A stretch of 64,000 nucleotides of DNA, taken from the NCBI GenBank assembly GCA_964415895.1, contig CAYQCC010000003.1:3053-67052 (forward strand), in the 5' to 3' direction. This document shows, piece after piece, positions 8,836-16,413 of the stretch. The translations under genes and the position numbers were made by a program. Numbering within the stretch: the stretch's first letter is position 1; every line of letters starts with the position of its first letter. The DNA comes from an uncultured Candidatus Saccharibacteria bacterium. GTDB taxonomy: Bacteria > Patescibacteriota > Minisyncoccia > Phycocordibacterales > UBA1006. The notes beneath the pieces were generated by a model. It saw nothing but the letters and a program-made list of their open reading frames with translations, was not told where the DNA came from and searched no databases.

Positions 8836-10047
8836 ATGAAAACTAACTGGGAAATAAAAAAGCTAGATGAATTATACAGGGTTGGCTCGAGTAAACGAGT
8901 GCTAAAGTCTCAATGGAAAACCAAAGGGGTGCCTTTTTATAGAGGTAGAGAGATAACACGTCTTTCCAATGATGGTTTTGTTGAAAATGAGTTGTATATT
9001 TCTGAAGAGCACTATACTGAACTTTTAGAAAAAACAGGTGTTCCAGTTGCTGGGGATATTGTTATTACTGCAATTGGGACAATCGGAAATACGTATATAG
9101 TTCGTGATACAGATAAGTTTTATTTTAAAGATGCGAGCGTTTTGTGGCTTAAAAAAATCTCCGATGTAAGTAGTGAGTTTTTGAGATATTTTTTGAAATC
9201 ATCATTATTTTTCAATCAATTAAGCAAAGGAAATGGTGCAACCGTTGACACCCTAACAATAGAAAAGTTGCAAGGAATTAAACTACCCTTGCCCTCTTTA
9301 ATTGAACAAAAACGCATTGTTTCCATTCTAGATAAAGCTTTTAGTGAAATTGAAAAAGCAAAAACAAATGCTGAGCAAAACCTCAAAAATGCGAAAGAGC
9401 TTTTTGAAAGTTATTTACAAGGGGTGTTTGAGAATAAAGGTGAAGATTGGGAAGAGAAAACATTAGGAGAGGTTTTAGTAAAAACAGAAACTGTTGACCC
9501 AACCAAAAAACCAAATAAAGAGTTTATTTATCTTGATGTTTCAAGTGTAAATAAGGAAACCAAAGAAATTGAAAATGCTACCGTTTTGCTTGGCAAAGAT
9601 GCACCAAGCCGAGCTAGAAAGTTGGTTAGAACTAACGATGTTATTTTTGCTACTGTTAGACCAACTCATAGTAGAGTTGCTCTAATTACTGATGAGTATG
9701 ATGAACAAGTTTGTAGCACAGGTTATTTTGTTTTAAGAGCAAAGGATTTTCTTAATAATAATTTTGTGTTCTATTTTCTTCTTACATACGGTTTCAATAA
9801 ACAGATGGAAAAACTTCAAAAAGGAGCAAGTTATCCTGCTGTAACTGATGCAGAAGTCAAAAGCATTGTAATACCTTTTCCAAAATCAAAAGAAGAACAA
9901 CAAGCAACCATTCAAAAATTAGATACCCTGCGAGCCGAAACCAAAAAACTTGAAGAAATATACAGAAATAAAATTACAGACTGCGAAGAACTCAAAAAGT
10001 CGATTTTACACAAAGCCTTTACTGGCGAATTATCAACCCCTAACTAA
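8836..10047 (+). CDS. hsdS: Type I restriction-modification system, specificity subunit S (two target-recognition domains)
   Basis: 403 aa; duplicated TRD architecture with conserved central and C-terminal coiled-coil spacers (LPLPSL...QKRIVSILD...; LDTLRAET). Confidence 0.8.
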   Translation: MKTNWEIKKLDELYRVGSSKRVLKSQWKTKGVPFYRGREITRLSNDGFVENELYISEEHYTELLEKTGVPVAGDIVITAIGTIGNTYIVRDTDKFYFKDASVLWLKKISDVSSEFLRYFLKSSLFFNQLSKGNGATVDTLTIEKLQGIKLPLPSLIEQKRIVSILDKAFSEIEKAKTNAEQNLKNAKELFESYLQGVFENKGEDWEEKTLGEVLVKTETVDPTKKPNKEFIYLDVSSVNKETKEIENATVLLGKDAPSRARKLVRTNDVIFATVRPTHSRVALITDEYDEQVCSTGYFVLRAKDFLNNNFVFYFLLTYGFNKQMEKLQKGASYPAVTDAEVKSIVIPFPKSKEEQQATIQKLDTLRAETKKLEEIYRNKITDCEELKKSILHKAFTGELSTPN

Positions 10048-10056
10048 TCAATTCAT

Positions 10057-12414
10057 ATGAACGAAGCAGAAACAAGAGCAGAAATGATTGACCCAAAACT
10101 AACTGCCCTCGGCTGGGGTGTTGTTGATGGTTCAAAGGTACTCCGTGAATACAACATTACCGCAGGAAAAATAAAGGTTGGAGAAAAGAGGGGTAAGCCA
10201 ATGATTGCTGACTATGTATTGGTCTACAAGGGCGTAAAATTGGCTGTTATTGAGGCAAAATCAGTAAAATTAGATGTGAGTGAAGGTGTGGCACAAGCAA
10301 AGCAATATGCGCTCAAACTAGGTATTCGTACTACCTATGCAACTAATGGTAAAGAAATCTACGCAATTGATACGATGACAGCTGATGAGGGTTCTGTGGA
10401 TACTTTTCTGTCACCAGACGAGCTATGGAATAAAACATTCGAGGTACAAAATGAATGGCGAGAAAAGTTCGCATCGGTCCCATTCGAGGATAAAAGTGGT
10501 TCGTGGTCTCCACGATATTATCAAGAGCTAGCTGTTAAAAACACCCTCGAAGCAGTTGCGAATGGTAAAAACAGAATACTCCTCACACTGGCAACAGGTA
10601 CAGGTAAAACTGCTATTTCATTTCAAATTGCGTGGAAACTATTCCAAACTCGCTGGAATTTGTCAGATAGTGGTACTCGTCGTCCGCGTATTCTATTCCT
10701 TGCGGATAGAAACATATTAGCGGACCAAGCTTTTAATGCCTTCTCTGCATTTCCTGAAGACGCACTGGTACGCATTAATCCCAAGGAAATACGCAAAGGA
10801 GGTAAAGTTCCCACAAATGGAAGTATTTTCTTTACCATATTCCAAACGTTTATGAGTGGAACAGATAGTGAAGGAAACCCTGCTCCGTATTTTGGAGAAT
10901 ATCCGCCAGATTATTTTGATTTTATTATTATCGATGAGTGTCACCGCGGAGGTGCAAATGATGAGAGTAATTGGCGAGGTATTTTAGAGTACTTTTCACC
11001 AGCGGTACAGCTCGGTCTGACAGCTACACCAAAACGAAAAGATAACGTTGATACCTATAAGTACTTTGGTGAACCAGTATACATCTACTCACTCAAAGAA
11101 GGTATTGATGACGGATTTTTGACACCGTTTAAAGTGAAGCGTATCAAAACAACACTTGATGATTATATCTATACGAGCGATGACCAAATCGTTGAGGGTG
11201 AGATTGAGGCAGGAAAACTATATCAGGAAAAAGACTTTAACCGAACCATTGAAATACGTGAACGTGAAGCAAAACGTGTAAAAATCTTTTTAGATGATGC
11301 AAATCAAAACGAAAAAGCAATCATTTTCTGTGCTAATCAAACCCACGCCGCAGTGGTCCGTGATTTAGTAAATCAATACAGTGAAAGTAAGGACCCACAC
11401 TATTGTGTACGCGTAACTGCCAATGATGGCGAAATTGGCGAGCAATTCTTGCGAGAATTCCAAGATAACGAGAAGTTTATACCAACTATTCTAACTACCT
11501 CTCAAAAGCTCTCAACGGGTGTAGATGCTCGTAATATACGAAATGTAGTATTGATGCGCCCTGTGAACTCTATGATTGAATTCAAGCAGATTGTTGGTCG
11601 TGGTACTCGTTTATTTGATGGAAAGGAATTCTTTACTATCTATGACTTTGTTGATGCGTACCATCACTTTGCAGACCCAGAGTGGGACGGTGAACCTGTT
11701 TCAGATGAAGGTGATGTACTTGATGAAAATACTGGTGAAAAGATTAAGAAAGAAAAAGAGCAAGTCGAACGTGAGCCAAAAGTTGATGAAGAAAATACCG
11801 CTCCTAAAAAAGTAAAAGTGAAGCTTCGAAATGGTAAAGAAATGGAAATACAGCATATGGTTGCAACATCGTTTTGGGGAGCAGATGGTAAGCCTGTTTC
11901 TGCTGAAGAGTTCCTCCAAAACCTTTTTGGGGCACTACCACAATTCTTTACCTCTGAAGATGAATTGCGTGACCTATGGGGTAATCCAGTAACGCGTGCT
12001 ACATTACTTGAGAAACTTGAAGAAGCTGGTTATGGAAAAGAAGAACTTGCTTCACTGCAAAAACTTATTGATGCCGAAAAGAGTGATATTTTTGATGTAT
12101 TGGAATATGTTTTTAATAGTGATATCAAGCCTATAACAAGAGAAAATCGTGTCCAGTCTGCACATAATGACATTATGGGGGCCTTGTCAGAGAAACAACA
12201 AGAGTTTATCGATTTCGTACTCCAGAAATATATCGAGACAGGAGTTGAAGAATTAAGTGAAGAAAAACTATCATTGCTCCTTGTGAACAAATACCAGTCA
12301 CTCACAGATGCACAAAGTGCTCTAGGAGATACGACATCTATTCGCTCACTTTTCTTTAATTTCCAAAAGTATTTGTATCGTAAACCGAAACAAGAAACAT
12401 ACACAAAGGTTTAA
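10057..12414 (+). CDS. hsdR: Type I restriction enzyme R subunit (N-terminal PD-(D/E)xK nuclease plus SF2 helicase)
   Basis: Motif I 'LATGTGKT', motif II 'DECHRG', N-terminal 'VIEAKS' nuclease core; 785 aa; follows hsdS by 9 nt. Confidence 0.85.
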   Translation: MNEAETRAEMIDPKLTALGWGVVDGSKVLREYNITAGKIKVGEKRGKPMIADYVLVYKGVKLAVIEAKSVKLDVSEGVAQAKQYALKLGIRTTYATNGKEIYAIDTMTADEGSVDTFLSPDELWNKTFEVQNEWREKFASVPFEDKSGSWSPRYYQELAVKNTLEAVANGKNRILLTLATGTGKTAISFQIAWKLFQTRWNLSDSGTRRPRILFLADRNILADQAFNAFSAFPEDALVRINPKEIRKGGKVPTNGSIFFTIFQTFMSGTDSEGNPAPYFGEYPPDYFDFIIIDECHRGGANDESNWRGILEYFSPAVQLGLTATPKRKDNVDTYKYFGEPVYIYSLKEGIDDGFLTPFKVKRIKTTLDDYIYTSDDQIVEGEIEAGKLYQEKDFNRTIEIREREAKRVKIFLDDANQNEKAIIFCANQTHAAVVRDLVNQYSESKDPHYCVRVTANDGEIGEQFLREFQDNEKFIPTILTTSQKLSTGVDARNIRNVVLMRPVNSMIEFKQIVGRGTRLFDGKEFFTIYDFVDAYHHFADPEWDGEPVSDEGDVLDENTGEKIKKEKEQVEREPKVDEENTAPKKVKVKLRNGKEMEIQHMVATSFWGADGKPVSAEEFLQNLFGALPQFFTSEDELRDLWGNPVTRATLLEKLEEAGYGKEELASLQKLIDAEKSDIFDVLEYVFNSDIKPITRENRVQSAHNDIMGALSEKQQEFIDFVLQKYIETGVEELSEEKLSLLLVNKYQSLTDAQSALGDTTSIRSLFFNFQKYLYRKPKQETYTKV

Positions 12415-12441
12415 GTGGTAGAAATTATATCTCCAAAAGAT

Positions 12442-12468
12442 AACGTCATAACAAGGCGTTATTTTTTG
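12442..12468 (+). terminator. Rho-independent terminator after hsdR (ataacg-N-cgttat + T6)
   Basis: Hairpin plus T-run immediately after hsdR stop. Confidence 0.5.
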
Positions 12469-12500
12469 TAGATTAAGTTTTCTATAAAGTTTACGTGTCT

Positions 12501-12524
12501 TGTCTAATCTTACGGAGTTTTTGT
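12501..12524. repeat. Right boundary repeat 'tgtctaatcttacggagtttttgt' (direct-orientation partner of 4574..4597)
   Basis: See left repeat; same orientation; brackets the 425-aa gene plus hsdM-X-hsdS-hsdR. Confidence 0.6.
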
Positions 12525-12637
12525 TTAATTATCTTGATTATTTCGGGTGCTTGGTTGCTCATTCATTCATTTTCTTTGGTTATTATTTTTAGAACATCTT
12601 TACAAGTTTTGGAGTAAGAATTTTTTATATAGTCTAT

Positions 12638-12788
12638 GATAGGCTATCGATAGTCTATCGTTTACTATCTTTAGATATATTGCTTATGCTTACGCTTCTT
12701 TCAATATTGCTTTCCGAACATCATCCCACGTTCGGAGTAGGGATATTTGTTTTTGTTATAGTCTAAGATAGTCTATAGATAGACTATC
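12638..12788. promoter_or_regulatory. Cluster of palindromic operator-like boxes GATAG(G/T)CTATC. Two abutting copies at 12638..12659 and an inverted pair 'gatagtctat-ag-atagactatc' at 12767..12788
   Basis: Exact palindromes read in sequence; located in a 730-bp intergenic region between hsdR and the HNH gene. Confidence 0.45.
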
Positions 12789-12832
12789 TTGTTTATATTT
12801 TACGCTTCTTCTAATATTGCTTGCCGAACATC
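12690..12832. repeat. Two 33-bp direct repeats 'ttacgcttctt(t/c)(c/t)aatattgctt(t/g)ccgaacatc' (12690..12722 and 12800..12832), 110 bp apart, flanking the palindromic boxes
   Basis: 30/33 identity by eye alignment. Confidence 0.6.
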
Positions 12833-12912
12833 GTATACCCACTTCCGCCAAGAGAATAAAGTATCGGAGCTGACTCACTTGCCTCAAATGAGTGATAATG
12901 CCCTGACCAGTA

Positions 12913-12936
12913 AAAAGCACGGTTTCGTGCTTTTTA
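12913..12936. terminator. Rho-independent terminator hairpin aaaagcacg-gttt-cgtgctttt
   Basis: Perfect 9-bp stem, 4-nt loop, T-run; explains away listed ORF 12789..12971. Confidence 0.6.
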
Positions 12937-12951
12937 CTTTAAAATTGATAT

Positions 12952-13113
12952 ATGGAAACAAAAGAAAATGAAAAAACTGAGGAAGAGATTATTATCGACA
13001 ACGAATTGGACTATCTTGCGGAAGTTCTAGTAGAAGCATTCTTAGAAGAGAAAGGGTATGAGTCAATTGATTGGTTGTATCAAAAGAAGATTTGGCAAAA
13101 AAGAAAGAAATAG
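12952..13113 (+). CDS. Small acidic ORF (53 aa; METKENEKTEEEIIIDNELDYLAEVLVEAFLEEKGYESIDWLYQKKIWQKRKK) immediately upstream of the HNH gene
   Basis: Hand translation; ends 33 nt before the 13147 start; below ORF-track cutoff. Confidence 0.3.
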   Translation: METKENEKTEEEIIIDNELDYLAEVLVEAFLEEKGYESIDWLYQKKIWQKRKK

Positions 13114-13146
13114 ATTTTTTAGGTCAATTCATGGTAGGCTAAAAAT

Positions 13147-14241
13147 ATGCCTAGATGTATTTATTGTTTGAAAACAAGTCCAGAAGTTACTTTCGACACA
13201 ACGGAACATGTAATCCCTCAGTCTTTTGGTACTTACGAACCATTAACTCCTACTCTCGAGGAGCTAGTTTGTGATTCGTGCAATTCATTGTTTTCAAAAC
13301 TTGAAACCAAATTAAGAGAAGATACCTTTGAGGGTGTTTTTGGGCAAAGACTTAACTTTCAAAATAAAAACAGTATCACCATAAGAAATAAAAATTTCAA
13401 GATTACTTCTTTAAGTGAATTTAAAGATCCAATGTTTACTAGAACATTTTTTCTTTTTAAAATTGAAGATGAAAAGATTGTGCCTGATATCAAACCTCAC
13501 ATAACTATTAAAATGAAAAATGGCGGGTATAGAGTATTTCTTATAGAAGCACTGAAAAGAATAGAGAAAGATACCAGCAGGTTCAATAAGCTTAAAAAAG
13601 ATATATCAAAACTGAGCAAAGAAGACATTTGGATTTTTGTCCCTAGAGATGATGCTTCTTTGAAAGAAGCGGAGTCGATATTAAAAGATTACGGTATTGA
13701 ATATACAGAAAAGAGTAGAGGTATAGCTGGAGAAGAAACTCCGGAAGCAGTCGAAGTCATAGAGGATTACCAAGGTGTTGTAGATAAAGAAATTTGCAGG
13801 GTTTTAGCAAAAATAGTTTTTAACTATTTTACGTATTGTGCTAAAGAACAAGGAATGGCTGATTTGGTCTTCAGTCCAAATTTTGATCCTATTCGAAACT
13901 TTATTTTAAATGGCGCTGGATATAGTGATACTTTTGTACATATGCCCGAGAGGCGAATTCTAGGGCAAGAGGTTGGAACTAATAGGTATGTCTTTGGTCA
14001 TACGGTATGTTTCGGAGAAGATGAGGCAGGGAAAGTTTATTGTCACTTAGTTCTTTTCAGTTTTCGGCCTTACACAATATCTCTGGGAATTCTTCCGCAA
14101 GAAATAAAAAATCAATTATTTGGCTGCGGGCATGTTTTTGATCCTGTAACAAAACGAATTGAAAATATTGCTCAAAATACACAACCCCGCATGCCTGATG
14201 CTCTCGATCTGTCTTTTGGACTATATAAAAGATTTAGATAG
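13147..14241 (+). CDS. HNH (His-Me finger) nuclease-domain protein with ~300-aa uncharacterised C-terminal extension; candidate defence protein
   Basis: N-terminal 'CIYC...EHVIPQSFG...CDSCNS' matches the CxxC...[DE]H...P...CxxCN HNH signature; 364 aa. Confidence 0.55.
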   Translation: MPRCIYCLKTSPEVTFDTTEHVIPQSFGTYEPLTPTLEELVCDSCNSLFSKLETKLREDTFEGVFGQRLNFQNKNSITIRNKNFKITSLSEFKDPMFTRTFFLFKIEDEKIVPDIKPHITIKMKNGGYRVFLIEALKRIEKDTSRFNKLKKDISKLSKEDIWIFVPRDDASLKEAESILKDYGIEYTEKSRGIAGEETPEAVEVIEDYQGVVDKEICRVLAKIVFNYFTYCAKEQGMADLVFSPNFDPIRNFILNGAGYSDTFVHMPERRILGQEVGTNRYVFGHTVCFGEDEAGKVYCHLVLFSFRPYTISLGILPQEIKNQLFGCGHVFDPVTKRIENIAQNTQPRMPDALDLSFGLYKRFR

Positions 14242-14439
14242 CCTCTTCAGTTAAAAGAGTAAGTTCTTTATCCATATAAACAATCCTAGCTCTCAGATTC
14301 GCCAGCAGTTCTCGCTTCTCAATCACCGTGCCTTCTTTTAGAATATACTTCGCATAGTTCCGTATATCGGTATCTTTTCTGTTCTCAACCTTGTCCGTGC
14401 TTCCAAGCACGGATCTTTGGAATATGTTAAAATACCCCT

Positions 14440-14850
14440 ATGAACTCAATTGCCCATATAGAAGTTAATGTTACAGATCTACAAACCTCAACAAAATTAT
14501 GGAATCTATTTATTTCTCATCTTGGATGGGAGCAATTCGATGTCGATGACCCTTTGGTAACTGGATTCAAAGGTTTGGATAAAACACACATATTTCTTGT
14601 TCAGACAGACCAAGAGTTTATAGGCAACGGATATCATCGTAAAAACATTGGATTAAATCACTTTGCTTTTAGAACAGATTCATTAGAAAAAGTAGATTTG
14701 TTCGCATCTTTTCTTAAAGAAAATGATATTCCTACTCTATATGGTGAAGGTCCAAAAGATTATTCTTTAGAGTATGGGCAAGAAAAGTATTATGCAGTTT
14801 TCTTTGAGGATCCTGACCGAATAAAAATTGAAGTAGTTTTTTGCAAGTAG
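14440..14850 (+). CDS. VOC/glyoxalase-bleomycin resistance family protein
   Basis: 136 aa; glyoxalase-like beta-alpha-beta-beta-beta composition 'HIEVNVTDL...HFAFRTDS'. Confidence 0.5.
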   Translation: MNSIAHIEVNVTDLQTSTKLWNLFISHLGWEQFDVDDPLVTGFKGLDKTHIFLVQTDQEFIGNGYHRKNIGLNHFAFRTDSLEKVDLFASFLKENDIPTLYGEGPKDYSLEYGQEKYYAVFFEDPDRIKIEVVFCK

Positions 14851-14892
14851 ACTATAATATAAAAACACACGATCGCTCGTGTATTTTTATTC

Positions 14893-15360
14893 TTATTTCT
14901 CCAAATCCTTGATAACAATCTTTCTCATCGTCATCATCTGCTGCATAGCATAACTTGCAACTTCTTTGTCGGCGCTTGTGTTTAACTCAAGCAATCTTTT
15001 GGGAGTTACTTGCCACGACAGTCCATACTTATCTTTACACCAACCGCAAGCACTTTCTGCGCCGTCTTTTGTAAAAGCGTCCCAGTAGTAATCTGTTTCT
15101 TCTTGATCTTCTGTCGTAATCATTAATGAAATAGAATCATTGAAATCAACATATCGTTTTGCACCCATAAAATGATATGTATTTCCAAAGAGTTTTACTG
15201 TGGCCATTTCAACTTTCTGCTCTGGCGTGTCTAACATGACATTGTGCATGACTTCTTCAAAATATACCTTTCCATCTCTGTTAAAGATGCCTTGATAATA
15301 ATTGATTACCTCTTTCAAACTCTGATCAAACCAGAAAAACGATGTAAGTTTGTTTTCCAT
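14893..15360 (-). CDS. PhnB-like / 3-demethylubiquinone-9 3-methyltransferase-domain (VOC superfamily) protein
   Basis: C-terminal 'CGWCKDKYGLSWQV' signature. Confidence 0.6.
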   Translation of the reverse strand: MENKLTSFFWFDQSLKEVINYYQGIFNRDGKVYFEEVMHNVMLDTPEQKVEMATVKLFGNTYHFMGAKRYVDFNDSISLMITTEDQEETDYYWDAFTKDGAESACGWCKDKYGLSWQVTPKRLLELNTSADKEVASYAMQQMMTMRKIVIKDLEK

Positions 15361-15367
15361 ATAATTA

Positions 15368-15790
15368 TTATTTAGTTGAATAATCCACCATCCACTCTAC
15401 TCCGTACTTGTCCCGAAACATTCCAAAGTAGGAACCCCAAGGACTGTCGCCCATAGGAAATTCAACAGCTCCTCCAGCTGAAAGCGCATTGAATAATTTG
15501 TCTGCCTCTTCTTTGCTTTCACAATTGATTGAAATTTTGCTTCGATTTTCGTTTTCATTAGTTCGTCCCATAAATGATGGAACATCGTTTCCCATCAAGA
15601 CATTGCCGCCGATAGGAAGCGCGATATGCATGATCTTCTCTGCGTCTTCGTCTCCCACAGGATTCTCGGCGGTTGCCATATCCTTGAAGCGAGCCACGGT
15701 CGCAAATTCTCCGCCAAAGGCAGATTTATAAAAATTGAATGCTTCTTCGGCATTTCCGTTGAAGTTTATTGAAGGATTGATTGTTGCCAT
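15368..15790 (-). CDS. PhnB-like VOC-superfamily protein (paralog of 23600..24037)
   Basis: 'NFNGNAEEAFNFYKSAFGGEF...DKYGVEWMV' shared almost verbatim with 23600..24037. Confidence 0.6.
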   Translation of the reverse strand: MATINPSINFNGNAEEAFNFYKSAFGGEFATVARFKDMATAENPVGDEDAEKIMHIALPIGGNVLMGNDVPSFMGRTNENENRSKISINCESKEEADKLFNALSAGGAVEFPMGDSPWGSYFGMFRDKYGVEWMVDYSTK

Positions 15791-15919
15791 AATTTTAAAG
15801 GTTATTTGTTAATAGATGTATTTTACCATTTTTTATTATCTTTAGGCAAAATATGTGTATTTTTCTTAGAGCATGCCCTGTGCTATACCACCCTTCTATT
15901 AACCAATAATTATAACTAT

Positions 15920-16411
15920 ATGTATACAAAACAAGACTTTATTAACTCATTTGCGTACGATATGAGCATTATTAACCACTTGATCGAGAAAATTCCCGCT
16001 GATAAATACGACTTTAAATTGATGGATAATCAACGAGCAGTTACTGATTTGCTTCACTACCTTAGTTCAATCTTTTCAGACACATTACAAGTAATGAAAG
16101 CTAATGATCAAGATTTATATAAAACACTTCCAAAAGCTCCGGCAATTACTCCAGAAAATGCGATTGCGCAGATGAACGCAGAAGTAGCAAAGGTACAGGA
16201 ACTTCTTGCAACGTGGACAGATGAAGATTTGAAGGCTCCGATTTCATTATTCGGTGGACCAGAAATGTCTAAAGGTACTATGCTGGTAGATTATCTATTA
16301 CAATGGGCAGCTGCATATAAAATGCAATTGTTCCTGTACATCAAACAAATGGGAGCCACTGTTGGTACCAGCAACGTTTGGGGCGGTATGGACATGCCAG
16401 AAATTAAATAA
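15920..16411 (+). CDS. Hypothetical protein (DinB/YfiT-like four-helix-bundle candidate); annotated ORF 15806.. probably starts at internal Met
   Basis: ORF track; N-terminal 38 codons look non-protein-like. Confidence 0.35.
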   Translation: MYTKQDFINSFAYDMSIINHLIEKIPADKYDFKLMDNQRAVTDLLHYLSSIFSDTLQVMKANDQDLYKTLPKAPAITPENAIAQMNAEVAKVQELLATWTDEDLKAPISLFGGPEMSKGTMLVDYLLQWAAAYKMQLFLYIKQMGATVGTSNVWGGMDMPEIK

Positions 16412-16413
16412 TT

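Noticed and set aside
12789-12971. Listed 60-aa ORF
   Set aside because: It spans a perfect intrinsic terminator hairpin (12913..12934). The composition is not protein-like, so it is better explained as terminator plus flanks.
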